From: the human T2T-CHM13v2.0 reference genome, Homo sapiens
Direction: 5' to 3' (one strand)
NCBI RefSeq assembly: GCF_009914755.1
Contig: NC_060945.1
DNA length: 64,000 nt
The notes under the pieces are model-generated. The model made no database searches and was not told where the DNA came from. It saw only the letters and a list, made by a program, of their open reading frames with translations. Positions 26,788 through 41,062 of the stretch are shown here, in pieces (within the stretch, counting starts at the first letter, position 1; each line of letters begins with the position of its first letter). The translations under genes and the position numbers were made by a program.

Positions 26788-27643
26788 CTCCTGCTGGGCG
26801 TGTGAAGTGGCTCCGTGTCCTGCACTGGAGGTACACATGGATGAGGGGAAGGAAGTCGTCCAGGTCCCCCTGGAGGCCGAGCCCTGGGCCAGCCTGCAGG
26901 CACCACTGCTCGAACCACAGCAGGTGGGTGCAGCTCTCCTGGAGGAGCAGGGCAGCGATGCTGAGGGCCGCCTGTGTGCGCCGGGCCAGGCAGTAGTCAA
27001 GCAGATCAGCCCCGACTGCGGGGGCCAGCACAGGGTCTCTCTGCAGAGTGTGGAGGAGCACTGTGTCCAGCTCGTCCACTGCTAGCGTGGGCAGCAGAGC
27101 CCCCAGGCCTCTCACATACTCGGAGGACCACAGGAGCTCACCACTCTGCAGCTGATCCTGGGGGCTGCAGGTCAGCAGCTGCACCAGGGTCTTTCCAAGA
27201 GCATTCAGGTGTCTTTCTTTCCCGGGGGATTTCGTGGGTTGCTGGGTCACCAGGTGTGTCTCAGGCAGGCTCAGCAAGGCCAGGGTGACCTCACGGAGCT
27301 GGGCACCCTCCATGTATGGATGCAGCTCCTGCAGGGCCTCCAGCTGCGGCGGGGTCTTTGGTGGTGATGTGGCCGGGCCCGCCCTCCTGTTCTGAAGTTC
27401 CTTCAGCACACTCTGGGTGATGGCCTCTGAGTACCTGGCCAGAAGGCCCAGCTGCCCAATGTTCTGGAGGATCGGGGCACTTGCTGCCAGCAGCTGAAGG
27501 ACCCCTGCACTAAAGTGGGTGGCCAGGAGCTTCACGAGGACAGGGCTGAGCGTGTGCGGCGGGAGGGCCTGCTGCTCCAGGGCCAGGAACCAGCCCTCCA
27601 GGGTGGGGTGCCTGAGGATGGCCACAAGCACCTCCTCCAGCGT
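26788..27643 (-). CDS. URB1: URB1 large exon (window exon 19; TLEEVLVAILRHPTLEGWF...RSHFTRPAG)
   Basis: TTTCAG|ACG acceptor, GAG|GTAAG donor, 856 nt; corresponds to the 293-aa ORF 26750..27631. Confidence 0.95.
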
Positions 27644-29135
27644 CTGAAAGGCAGTGACGAGGCACAGACGTCACATAGAGCACAGGGCTAAGACAGGGGC
27701 GGCAGCTGCCACGCAAGTATTCACTGTTGTTAGCGAGACAGAGAGCAGAAGGCCCCTTTCCTAATCCATTCCATCCTCAAGCCTACATTTCCATGCCCAC
27801 CTCGGGGTGCCCAAGGCATCGCAGCCAAGCCCAGCCAGAGCTGTCATCCAGTTATACCACAATCGCCTGAGACACTCCACCTGCCCCGGAAGGACTGGAC
27901 TGTGACCTGGCTGGTGCCCCACCCACATTTGCGAGCACGTGTCTGAAGAACCCAGCCTGGGTGAATTTCCAGCATGGGAAAAGTGCTCTCTATGGTCACT
28001 CAGTGTGGGGGGCGGGCCGTGCAGAAACACCACCATGTGAGTAAGATCAATCAGCTGCTGGCTTCTCCTCAGCGGCCTTGCCCTCCTAGATAAATCTGGT
28101 TGAGGGACAGGGGTGTCTACTTACAGCTGGGGTGATGTCAGTTTAGATGAGACCATGTGTCCGGGGAAAGTGGGTTGGGATTAAACCACCGTGTGTCTAC
28201 GATCCTGAATTGAAAGTAATCCTGTCTCCACTGTCAGGAGGAGACTGGGCCTTGAGTGACCCCACAAAACCCCCAAACTAGTTCTGACCTGGCCAACTGA
28301 GTAAACATTGAGCAGAATGCAGTTGAGCTCCCTTGCTGGATTAGAGAATAATTTCATTCAGTCATTCCTCACAGCCCTGCTGAACCGATTCCTCGCCAAC
28401 GACACTCCACCAGTTCCCAGAGACAGAAAGAAATTTTCTTTCCTTATTTATTCTTAGGGAAGGAAAGAGGAGCCTATCACAGTCTCCACTCAAGCTTTAC
28501 CAGTTAAAAACAGCAAAGCACGATTACATATTGAGAATGCTTTGCCTCACGCTGACTGGCTAATAATAGGTGGTCCCACCCAAGAAAATACCTCCCAGAA
28601 AGGCAACTCAGAGCTCAAAGGAAAAAAGTGTATATTTCAATTAGATTGTGCAACAAGGAACGTGTCTGCCTCCTGAACCCGGTAAAACAGGTTACATGGC
28701 AAACTGTGAAATAGTCATCTTGGCCCCAATTAAACAGCCTGCTTCCCAAGACTCCCAACAGGACAGAAAGGCTGCTGCTTCTCAGAGCAGTCTATTTCCT
28801 GTGTGTATTTCCTGTGAAAAGCAGCACCTGCTGCCCACCTTTCACTCAACACAAGCTGCAGCTATTCACACTGTTTCTCAGCAGGCTCACCTCACACAGC
28901 GTGAGAGAAAGCTGTCTGCAGGGAGGGTGACTGTACACAGAAAAGCAACGGGAAAGAGAAGCCCAAATTAAACCGCACGCTGGGCGGGTGCCAGGAAGTT
29001 TTTATGATCTCTGCTGTAGTTTCTGCATTTCCCAATTTTCCCACAATGGACCTATGTTTGTTTTTAATCAGAAGTGAAGAGAAAGCCACTGCCCATGACT
29101 CTGAGAATAGGCTACCAGGCAACCTGTGGCGGTAC

Positions 29136-29315
29136 CTGATCATTGGCCAACTCCAGCGAGGCCACGGACTCCATGTCCAGGAAGAGGTCGGCTTCGGCCC
29201 GGGCGGCCTCGCATCTCTGCTGGTTCTGGGCATCCAGCTGCTCACAGTGGACAACCAGGCGCCTGAGGAGATCCAGGAAGAGCTGCAGGAGGGGCGGGCC
29301 CACACTTCTGCCCAG
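29136..29315 (-). CDS. URB1: URB1 exon (window exon 18; LGRSVGPPLLQLFLDLLRR...SLELANDQ)
   Basis: CACAG|CTG acceptor, CAG|GTACC donor, 180 nt. Confidence 0.9.
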
Positions 29316-29644
29316 CTGTGAGGACAAGAGCACGAGCCTCAGCAGGGAAGAGACGGGTTCACAGCCACCAGGCAGTGACTTCCAGGGCCCGTGTTTTCAG
29401 AGCAGGAGACTCGGGAGGCAGGCTGAGATGGCAACTCCTCACAGAGTGTGTGAGACACCCATCAATGCAATGCCATTTCTCAAATAAGAGATGTGTCTTC
29501 CTAAGCCTTGGTGAAACACAAAGGTTGTTTTGACTAAACTGAAAGGGACAGGCCCACCTCAAAACTTAAAAATCCCTTGAACCACATCAGGAACAGAAAT
29601 TCATCAGCCAGTTACTAAATTAATACACTTAAGAGGGAGGGCTG

Positions 29645-30260
29645 GGCCAGGCTCAGTGGCTCACGCCTGTAATCCCAGCACTTCGGGAGGCTGTGGCGGG
29701 TATATCACCTGAGGTCAGGAGTTCAAGACCAGCCTGGCCAACATGGCGAAACCCCATCTCTACTAAAAATACAAAAATTAGCCAGGCGTGTTGGTGTGCA
29801 CTTGTTATCCCAGCTACTAGGGAGGCTGACGGTTGCAGTGAGCTGAGGGTTGCTGTTGAGGGTTCAACAGCTTGAACCCGGGAGGCAGAGGTTGCAGTGA
29901 GCCAAGATCCTGCCATTGCACTCCATCCTGGGCAACAAGAGCGAAACTCTGTCTCAGAAAAAAAAAAAAAAGAGGGAGGGAGGGCTGGGTGCGGTGGCTC
30001 ATGCCTGCAATCCCAGCACTGTGGGAGGCTGAGGCAGGCAGATCACTGTGAGCCCAGGAGTTTGAGACCAGCCTGACCAACATGGTGAGAACCCATCTCT
30101 TCAAAAAACACAAAAATTAGCTGGGAATGGTGGTGCATGCCTGTAGTCCCAGCTACTTGAAAGGCTGAGAGGTTGGAGGGTGGCTTGAGTCCACTGAGGT
30201 CAAGGCTGTAGTGAGCTATGATGCGCCACTGCACTCCAGACTTGGTGACAAAAAAAACAA
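29645..30260 (+). mobile_element. Two tandem Alus (S-like 29645-29970; J-like 29983-30260)
   Basis: Two dimeric Alus with A tails. Confidence 0.9.
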
Positions 30261-30535
30261 AGGCCCGGCAGGGCTGCCAACCCATTCTACTGTAGGAAGG
30301 GCTCTGTCTTGACCAGGCTGCCCTGAAAACAAAGTCAGGCTGACCTGGCTCCCATGGGCAGGGCTGAGGGACATGAAGAGTTTGCAGCTGAGGTCTGGAC
30401 AGAACAGCACTTAAACTGCCTCTGCAGTGAGTTCCAGGGAGCAAGAGTGTGCTGGGCTGTGGGCCCGACTCAGAGAAGGCTTAGCTCTCTGGTGGCAGAG
30501 CTCTGAAGCCTGTGGAGGATGGGGGCAACGCTGAC

Positions 30536-30754
30536 CTGGCCGAAGTTCTCCACAGTGCTCCGCAGGTAGAGCAACACCTGCTTGGCCGCGAGCAGGACCT
30601 GCTGCATGGACAGGTGTGGCATGGTGGCCTGCAGCTGCACCTGGATGTGCTCGTCCCGAAGCGCTTGGCTCTCGTAGGCTGCCTGCAGCAGGGCTGTGAA
30701 GGACGAGGCCAAGGGAAGGGCAGGGGGCGAGGGGCTGCCCTGTGCCTGCAGCAG
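30536..30754 (-). CDS. URB1: URB1 exon (window exon 17; LLQAQGSPSPPALP...LRSTVENFGQ)
   Basis: CTCAG|CTG acceptor, CAG|GTCAG donor, 219 nt. Confidence 0.9.
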
Positions 30755-31379
30755 CTGAGGGAGACAGCAAAAGGCCGGGGAAGAGAAAGACACATCACCA
30801 CAGATGAAAACGGTCATAGGCACAGGTAACACACAACAAACGGACATTTCACAAAGAAGCACATGCTGAGATAAGACTAACGAATACGGGACCGTGTGGC
30901 ATTTTACTTCAGTAGAGTAAGTTCTCGTACCATGTCATGCGTACTTTCCTAGAGCGTTTCCACTGACCACATGTGAAGGCCCAAATTCATGCTGCATCTA
31001 CACCCCTTGGAGAACAAGGCAGAAGCCTGTCCCACAGGCAGGAGCCACGTGTGACAGAGGCAGGATGTGAATCACAAGAATCACTAGAAAGGGGGAAATC
31101 AGCCCACAGAGAAGCCCGCTCTGCGAGTGGCCTGCCTTCGGAAGACCTTCCCCAGGAGCTGCGGGTCGAATATCTTGTTAGAAGGACAGAAGATGGGCAG
31201 AACACAGAGAAATTTCTGGAGCCCTTCTGCCTCAAACTGAAGTTATTCATTTCTTCTAACATTACTACCAAGCTGCCTTCTTTATTTACTCCACGTGGCT
31301 TATGTTGCTATAATTCCATTTGACTTCCTTAGGCTAATAAAACCCAAGGCTGTAACATGCCCTGAAACTTGGTGGTTGT

Positions 31380-31535
31380 CAGTGTTCCCCAGGCCTGCAG
31401 CAGCATGTGTGAAATGCAAATTCTCAGGCTCCACCCAGACCTGCCGGGCCAGACACTGTGGCTGGAACCCGGCAGTCCAGTTTGAAAAGGCCCTCTGGGG
31501 AATTCCGACACACCTTGGAGGGTGAGAACCACTGC
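31380..31535. mobile_element. MER5A-like hAT fossil
   Basis: gaaatgcaaattctcaggctccacccagacct...gagaaccactg. Confidence 0.7.
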
Positions 31536-32541
31536 TAAGTCTTATTCCACAGAAGGTGGACACCCACTCCAAGCAACCACGAGGGGCAGGACAGAACCTC
31601 TAATACTGCCACATAAGTTGCTGTCTGGCTATCACTGTGGCCTACGTGTGGGGGAAGGTGGCAACATTATGGGTCAGGGCTCTGGAGCCAGACTGCCTGG
31701 GCCAAATCCTGACTCCGCCACTGACTGGTGTTGGAACCGCTCTGGGCCTCGGTTTCCCCATATGCATAAAGGATGGTGAGAGTCCCGGCCTACTTCTCAG
31801 AGTTACAGTAAGGATTAAACGGCCAAAAATACACATAGTACACTTAGTACAGGACCCGGTATGCCTCCAAAAAACACACAGAAAACATGCAATCGCTGTT
31901 GGCTATTGCTACCAATATCACAAGATAAGGAGGGTCTAAACTGACTGCTTTTTCGAATGCAGCTAAAATGAAATGAATGCACAAAAATGCATACCACAAA
32001 TTTCGTGCCCCACACAGCATTGTAAATACCCTGCACATTGGAGCCAGAATCCCATTAAGAGAATGTAGTCCCCAGCAAAAGAAAATATACTTTTTCCTTT
32101 CCTTCCCCAACTTTAACAGAAGAGACCCTGCTGGAGGCCTTGAGGGGCCATGTGTGACAGCTGAGCACAGTTTGTCTAGGGCCATGCTAAGGTCCGCAGA
32201 GGAGAGCCAGGAGACAAGCACGCACAGATAACAAGGTAAGGAAAAAAAGGAAGAGGCAACGCTCCTGCCCCAGGCTGGAAGAGGAATTAACCTATTATCA
32301 TTATCAGGGAGCCAATGGGGAATTTAATTTGGCTGCATCACTGAGTCCTGTGTGTTCAGTTATGTTAGCTGAGCACCAGGGATACTACTTAGCTTCCTCT
32401 CTTATGCAGGGGACTTTAGGGTAAGAAATTTCACCCTGCAGGCTGTCTGGCTACCCAACTGCACAGCTGTGGCCCAGCCAGCTGGGACCCTGGGAAGAAC
32501 CCTGCACAGCAGCAGTGACCACAGCTGTGGCTGCAGCTCAC

Positions 32542-32738
32542 CCAGGCCTCTCGGGCTTGCTCCGGGATCCAGAGGCTGTAGTATCTGTTAAACCGTGAGA
32601 GCTGCTGGCAGCAAGGCACCAGGCATGGAGGCTCAAGCTTATCATATGCCTGGAGCAGGAGACACAGAGCCAGGGGGTCCCTCTGGGTGTGGAGGAGGTC
32701 AGTCAGCACTGCCGTCAGATATGTCACAACGTTTTCCG
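32542..32738 (-). CDS. URB1: URB1 exon (window exon 16; AENVVTYLTAVLTDLLHTQRDPLALC...PEQAREAW)
   Basis: TTGCAG|CGG acceptor, TGG|GTGAG donor, 197 nt. Confidence 0.92.
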
Positions 32739-33019
32739 CTGCAAAGGAACGAGATGCATATGGGAAGAGGCTGGCTGGGCCCACCCTTCTGTGACCTACC
32801 AACACCACCTTCTTCCACATACAGGCAAGACCCTGAAAAATTCATGCAACTCCATGAGGGGACACATAACCACAGGGAAGGAATTGCTACTACTGGAGAC
32901 TGTACTAGGCTCTGTTTTATTAAACATATACAGCAAAGTCAGACATCCACTCCCGAGGCCCAGGAGTGAAGACCCAGGCATGTAAAAGGCCAGGCAAAAG
33001 CTACCTGGGACCAGGACTT

Positions 33020-33375
33020 GCTAGGTGCTCACCAATCCGTTTACTGTGCCTCGGCACACAAGCCTCTCTTGCGTGTAGGCTGGGACCACATGCCTGGTTA
33101 GTCACTTCCAGGCCATAACACCCCTTGCTTGACTGTCCACCCTTTCCAGTTCCCTTTCCATGGTGATCTTGGAAGCCATAAATTGAGATGGCATAGCTAC
33201 AAAACGGGAGCAGCCTGAATCCCTGACCAACCTCCTAAAGGACAGCCAACCAGAAGAGCCACCTGGCCTGTACTGGACCACAGCATGGTCTAGAAACAGA
33301 CCCTTATTTATTAAACTACTGACAAGTCAGGGCTTATTTGTTACTGCAGCAAAGCCTGAGTTCTCCCAACCAATC
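33020..33375 (+). mobile_element. MLT1-like MaLR LTR relic
   Basis: 3' motif gggcttatttgttactgcagcaaagcct. Confidence 0.55.
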
Positions 33376-33764
33376 ATGCTACTATAATCTGTGAGCACTT
33401 CCTTGGGTCTAAGTTGCCTGGAAAATCCAACAAGTATGAAGGATTCATCCTCTACATCAACGTATCAAGAATAAATGTTGACGAAAAAACATCAACGTTA
33501 CAGAGGCTGTCTGGGCAGCCAGGCAAACACATTATTTCAGACTCATGCTCAAATGACCAATTTCCCAAAAGCCTAGCCAGCCCCAAGATCCCTCCCACTG
33601 TGCTCCTAGCTCTGCTGGCTGGGTAGCTATCACTCTGGGGGTTCTGACCTCCTATTGCCCTGGATTCTCAGCAATTGATCCCAGAGCCCCTGGAATCCCA
33701 CCTCCCACCCTGCACAGACTAGCTGGCCAGGTGCAGCCAAGACATCCTGACTATACATAGGTAC

Positions 33765-33935
33765 CTGCTTCATTGCCTGTCCCAAGGAGCAACTTATTCC
33801 TGGCTTCCAGGGCCGCAGGGACTACCGCACTGAATGGGAACGTGAGCAGGATCATGTCTTCACTCAACGTGAACCCTATTTCCTCATCCAAGCCTTCACT
33901 GCCCTCCACCAGGACATCCACCATGTCGAGAACAT
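33765..33935 (-). CDS. URB1: URB1 exon (window exon 15; DVLDMVDVLVEGSEG...LLLGTGNEA)
   Basis: CTCAG|ATG acceptor, CAG|GTACC donor, 171 nt. Confidence 0.9.
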
Positions 33936-34690
33936 CTGAGACAGAAAGAGGAGAATCCAGCTGATGTGAGAGCCACTGAAGGGTTTCACTGCAAATACCC
34001 ACAGGGAGGCAGAAGCAGAATACGTGCAAAAAGAAAAAAGCCAAATTCCTCTTGGGGGGAGCATTTAACATAGTTTGACCCTAAACAGACAAAAACATTG
34101 CCTATGAAATCTTTTGTATCTTTGTCTGATAAAATGCAGGATATTCAGCTGAGGTGGTAATAGGTTGAAGTTTCCTCAAGTGACACAAGAAGCCCAGGAA
34201 CTTTAACCCAGATATTCAGGCAAACAAGCCAAAATCTGAGAGGCAAAATAGTGTGAGGGTTAAAGCACAGGCCAGAGCCAGAGTACCTGCGTTCTAATCC
34301 TGACTTTGCTATGTAGTAGCTGTATGAGCTTGAGCAAGTTATTATACTAAACCTCTCTGTGCCCCAGCCGCTTTATCTCTATATAAAATGAGTAGAATAA
34401 TAATACTCTTTTCTCTTGGGGTTGCTTATGAGATTTACATGAGTTAGAACTTAAAAAGAGCTTAAAACCCTACCTGGCACCCAGTAAATACTATGCAAAT
34501 AAAACAACAAGTGTTTCCCATTACATGAACACATAAGGAGATTATTTCCAGAACAGGCTGGTCTTTGCTGCAAAGGGACTGTGTGCACTTGGCCTAGGGC
34601 ATTAGTGCAGTTCTTGTTCTCAATCTCTTAACACGTCACTGTGGCTTGGTCTTCAGACCTCTGAGCAGCGCAGAACAGAATGGAACATAC

Positions 34691-34829
34691 CGTCAATGTG
34701 GGAGATGGGAATGCTCATGTCATCGGCTTCTTGCTTCGTCATAGTGGCCTGCAGCATGCTTGCTTCTTGGACAAAGTCAGATGCTTTGTCTGTGTATGAA
34801 TAGGGATTCGCCACCAATGTCAATAAAAT
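34691..34829 (-). CDS. URB1: URB1 exon (window exon 14; ILLTLVANPYSYTDKASDFVQEASMLQ...SIPISHID)
   Basis: CCCAG|ATT acceptor, ACG|GTATG donor, 139 nt. Confidence 0.92.
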
Positions 34830-35280
34830 CTGGGCATTAAAGAGCCAAATAGAAAGCATTCAGATGGTCACAGGTGAAATGAAGAAGCCAAAAAATGTCA
34901 CTGGTCAAAATCAAGGCAAGTGATAATATGTTCAATCCTTAATTAGAATAGTTTTACTATGAAATTGGGCCTAAACTTTTTATTGTGGAGTTAAAAAAAA
35001 ATCTCCTTTTACTATAGCACTGCTTTTAATACCACTTTTGGTTTACCTATTCCCCTATGCAAAAACAAATTCCCAAAAGGAAATGAAACAGCATGCTGTA
35101 ATATATACGTATTTTACAGATTCTAAAACTATGTAGATTCTGAAGTCTCAGCAAGAATTAGGAAGTAAGCCAGGACGAGAAGCCTTTTGGTGCTGGTGCA
35201 TCAAAAATGCCTCGATGACGCTAAGAAGTTAATATAATTATCTCTGAGCATGTTCCTTTATGTGGGAAATATGTGCTTAC

Positions 35281-36237
<957 letters not shown>

Positions 36238-37367
36238 GACAATATGATCCCTTCTCTCAAGGCTACTTATCGTTTATCCTCATTTCCTAAATAAAAAGAA
36301 GGGAAAAAATTTGGCTGCTACTTAGGAGCCAAAGACCTCTGGATTTTCACAAAGACCCAGGTAAATGTGTAAAACTTGACCCCTCACAGCTACTCAACCC
36401 TTAGCCTGTATGAAATTCTCCAAGGTCACGAGCCAGTCACATCATATCACTTCAAATGCAGACCTCAAGACTCACTATTCCAACAGAAGAGAAACTGGTA
36501 TGAGGCAGGACTTGAATGTGCAGAAGTGACGAAATGATTTCCCTAAATGGTCTGAAAGCAGAAACTCAGAGTCTAAGAGGCCTCACGGCACAGAGCCCTG
36601 CAACAGCATGCACCAAAGGAAAGCCTGACTGTGCCAATTTCACCTATTTGCAGTCAGTGATCACGAAATCTGGCTGGGGTCAGGTTCACAACTGCACTAC
36701 CTGGAAGGAAATGGCAACCTATGGAGGTCAAGACTTAGACTGCCACATTCTTTAAGCAGCTCAAGAGAGAAGGCTGTAAGTGTAGCAAGGTTATCAGCAT
36801 TTCAAATAAAAGTGAAAGGTCAAACCTCTGTACCCTAAACATAGTGCATCCCCCAAGCTGTTTGTTGCAGAGCAGAAATGAGGACTAGATGTCCTACTGC
36901 TATCATAAGACCTGACATAGCTCTGGAAACATGAGTATCAAGGACAAAACAAGATAAGGAAATAAATTCCTATTCTCTTCCACTGGCTTTGATGACCCAT
37001 GTGCTGTGGGTGATGGATTCTGGCAAAAAGGCTGAAAGCCCTGGATAACGCCGGAGCCTGAGAAGGAGGAAAGAGGCACTGCCTAATAAACACCAAGAAG
37101 CCAAAATTTAGTATTGAGCCTACAACAAGCTAGAAATGACCTACCTAAAAAAAAAAAAAAAAACATTTTTCCAATGCACCAGGCTGCCTCCCAGGAATGT
37201 AGCTAAGTGTAAGACACAATAAATTAAACTGCCATAAAACCTTCTATTTTAAAACTAAAAACAATTCCAATACCTCCTGAATTCAATAACTGTTAACTAA
37301 ACACTTACCATAAGGAAGATCTATACAAAATGCTTTTCAGAGTTAGAAACTGGTAGAAAATGCTCAC

Positions 37368-37487
37368 CTTCATGATCAGAAGTTTGGTCAATGACTTCAG
37401 TTGTAAATGGCTACTGGTCACAAACATTTTCATTAGTAAGTAAAATACTGATCGTTCACCTCCAATAATTTCTGCATCTGGGCCTTC
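37368..37487 (-). CDS. URB1: URB1 exon (window exon 12; EGPDAEIIGGERSVFYLLMKMFVTSSHLQLKSLTKLLIMK)
   Basis: TCTAG|GAA acceptor, AAG|GTGAG donor, 120 nt. Confidence 0.92.
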
Positions 37488-37576
37488 CTAGAGTTTAAAC
37501 AATATTACGTATTTTTAGTATATATAATTACATATATAATTTTAATATATAGTTATATATTAGAAACATACCATGG

Positions 37577-37878
<302 letters not shown>

Positions 37879-39626
37879 ATAACGTAGCAGGAGCCATCAC
37901 TTGCTGAACACACAGTATGCTGCCAGGTCCTTACCTCATCTCATTTTAACCACAATTTGGCAGGAAGAGTAGCAAGAGTAAGCACAGGTAGCCCTGTTCC
38001 TGTGCTGGAGCCGTCCCAGGGGCCCAGCTTACACTGACTCACTGAATCCTCCCAACACCCCTGTGAGGTGGGTACAGCTGCTACCCTATTTTACATATAT
38101 GGAAACTGAGGCACTGGGAAGGCACCTGGCTGTTTACTGGGAACCAAGGCAGATGCTGTGCTGTCTGGTGGATGGTGAGCAGGAGGGACCCCAGGCTGTC
38201 TGAGTCCATCAAATGATGTCCTTGTTACTTTCATCACGATGCCAGTGCTGATAGAACGGATTGCTTATGCATAATTTATCCTCCTCAAAAGGCTTTTGGG
38301 CTTTGAACAAGTCTTCAACAAGTACATGGAGCTCCAGATCCCCAATTCAAACTCTACTGAGCCTGTGTGTCTCACTACAGCCCTTGGCAATGAGGACAAC
38401 CCTGAAAATGGTGAGGTGCTGGTTAGCTTAGGCAGAGCCAGCAGATATAAGCATAAGGTGGGGCGCAGGATATAAATTCACACCAGCTCTTTCAAATTAT
38501 GAGGCCTCTGTTCACTTTCCAACTAAATTATCAAGATCCCATGAGCCTAGTTGAGCTGGAGTGAAAACCAATCAGCAATGCCCGAGCCTGTCACCTCCCC
38601 AGGACTGGTGGCAATGAACTCACATCTCAGTGGAATGGTGGCAAGCAGAGCTCTAGGCAGCACCGCCTGGGTCCCATCCTGGACCCACCACTCATGGACA
38701 GGACCCTGCAGAAGGTTCTGACACACTGTGCCCAGCTGCCTTGTCTTTAAGTAACGTGAAACGAGCAGCCACATGAAGCACCCGTAACCTGCCCAGCATG
38801 CGAGTAAGTTCTCAGTAAGAATGATCCTCAGCTACGATGCAGGGAAGCCTCAGAACGGGGACTCGAGGGAGAGACACATAGTCCCAGAGGCACAGCATTC
38901 TTAAGTCTTCCTGGAAATGTCGCGTGTAGAAATGCCAACATACATTTCCATACTACTGGTTCCATATAAGATCTAAGTCATTAAAAAGTACATCAGCTCA
39001 GATTATAAGAAACACTTGGACAATGATTAATTTTGCTTGATAATGTTCCCTCCTCCTCTTTGCATAGAAATGATGCAGCATCCTGGGCTTAAGCCCAGCA
39101 TAAATATACGTGGCATCCTGAGCTTCCCTTTATGATTTAACATTATGTTCTCCAAAAAGTTCTGGTAGATATTTTATTAAAGACCTAGAAAAAAATGCTG
39201 GCAATGTCTACTGATTCTTCCACCAGCCTCAACCCTCTCCTGACTTGGTTATCTATTCTCATCTCGTCTTTAATTCTTCCAGGATGAGGACAAAAGAAAA
39301 GGAATGTATTTTATTTTGTTTATTATTTAAAAATGAGAAAAATGTAAAATGTAAAACAGTTGAGATAAACAAGAAACTCCCTGGACCCAGCAATGTATCT
39401 GCAGCAAGGACATGTTAAGCACCATATTTTACAAAAGCAAGCAGGTTCCCAGGCCTCCTGGTTCATGAATCAGGACCTCTGCTGTGGGTCTCTCTAAAAT
39501 GAGAACTGTTAACCTCTTCCGTCTTGCCCCGTCAGGTTCTGAGCCAATTAGCAATTCATCAGGCCAAGAAGCCACCCGGCCCAGCAGGTAAGCTTAGGGC
39601 AGAAGACTGGGAGTTCTGCTTCCTAC

Positions 39627-39739
39627 CTGTGCCTTTAACCACAGAAACTTGCTGGCCGGCAGCTCCAGGGCCACCTTCAGCATGTGGTGCTGCAGAATGG
39701 GAGGCACCTCCTCTCGAAGGCCCTGCTCAGAGATGACAC
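39627..39739 (-). CDS. URB1: URB1 exon (window exon 11; GVISEQGLREEVPPILQHHMLKVALELPASKFLWLKAQ)
   Basis: CATAG|GTG acceptor, CAG|GTAGG donor, 113 nt. Confidence 0.92.
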
Positions 39740-40837
39740 CTATGGGTGAAAAAGAGGCAGGCTGAAAAAAGTCACATGGACGTGGGTGCCCAACAATTGC
39801 TGCCCTGGCCAGAAGGACAAGGAACTCACCATGGAGAAAGAAAAAGGGTGGATGCAGGGTTCTGTTTCTCTGTCCTGTGCTCACCCTCACATGGCACATC
39901 TCGCCTGATGTACCCCCACGCCCTGGTCTGTCCAAATCTTCCAACAAAAAGCCCAAATCCCACTTGCCTGAAGAAGCCCTCCCATGCCACACAGCCCACA
40001 CTGACCCCAAACAGCTGGAATCAGGCACCCACCAAGTGCCCTCCAGGGGTAGGCTCTCGCTAACATTCTCCCTGACTCCCCAGACAGCAAGCATTTTGTG
40101 GACAGAGACTGCAGCCACCTGCACCTGAGATTGGGTTCTCATCCTCTAGCCGGCTCTCTGGGCTTCTCCTTTGCTACCAAATACTAAATGGCCACATTCT
40201 AGTAAATTTCATATTTCCACAGCAAAGAGAACTTTTCACCTTCAAATGATTAAAAAGTGAATTGCAGCTTTTGAAAAGGAGTATTTCAATAGCTCATATA
40301 AATTCCAAGAATGATATTTTTGCAAGTCTTCTCCCATAGGCCCAATTATAAAGTGGATCAGACAAACTTTACCATCCAGGAAACATGACCAGACAAGCAT
40401 TGTTACTTTTACAAGTTTGAACCTGACTCAGTGGGGTAAAAGATGAAGTAACTATGTCAAAAGTGTCTCTGCATAAACAGGATGTCCCTTCTGCAGGCCC
40501 CTCATTTCTGCTACACCCTCTGCAACCCTGCTCCCTTGAAAAGTGACTTTAGAGTTAACGTCACATGATCGGATTTGTGGGCCATTCATGTAGGTTGCTC
40601 AGCACTCAGAAGCTGGCTGGCTTCTTCCATTGTTCTCACTGCTACCAGGTGTTCATCTGATATTTACTTAAGGAAGACCAGCTATTTAAAAAATACTGAT
40701 GCAAGTACAATTTCTCAGGCTGACGGATGAGCACGCAGCCAACCGTCCACCAGCCTTCCTGATTCTTGGCTGCAGGGCTCTGCTCTGGTTTATTGGCAGC
40801 AACAGTGGCGGCTTGTCTGCAAGACCTTGAAACCCAC

Positions 40838-40954
40838 CTTTCAGGAGCTTGCTGAAGTCAAAGTTGTACTGCATGACCACGTGGGGGACCACCTTCTGGT
40901 AGAGGCATATGACCTGGAGCAAAACAGCTTTCAAAAGAATGGTTTCTGCATCAT
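40838..40954 (-). CDS. URB1: URB1 exon (window exon 10; DDAETILLKAVLLQVICLYQKVVPHVVMQYNFDFSKLLK)
   Basis: TGCAG|ATG acceptor after (TTTC)n, AAG|GTGGG donor, 117 nt. Confidence 0.92.
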
Positions 40955-40960
40955 CTGCAC

Positions 40961-40991
40961 AAAAAAAAGAAAAAGAAAGAAAAAGAGAAAA

Positions 40992-41059
<68 letters not shown>

Positions 41060-41062
41060 AAA
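40961..41062 (+). repeat. (GAAA)n / (TTTC)n microsatellite forming an acceptor polypyrimidine tract
   Basis: About 100-nt pure purine run adjacent to the exon 40838-40954 acceptor. Confidence 0.95.

Noticed and set aside
26537-27085. 182-aa plus-strand ORF
   Set aside because: Antisense shadow of the GC-rich 856-nt URB1 exon
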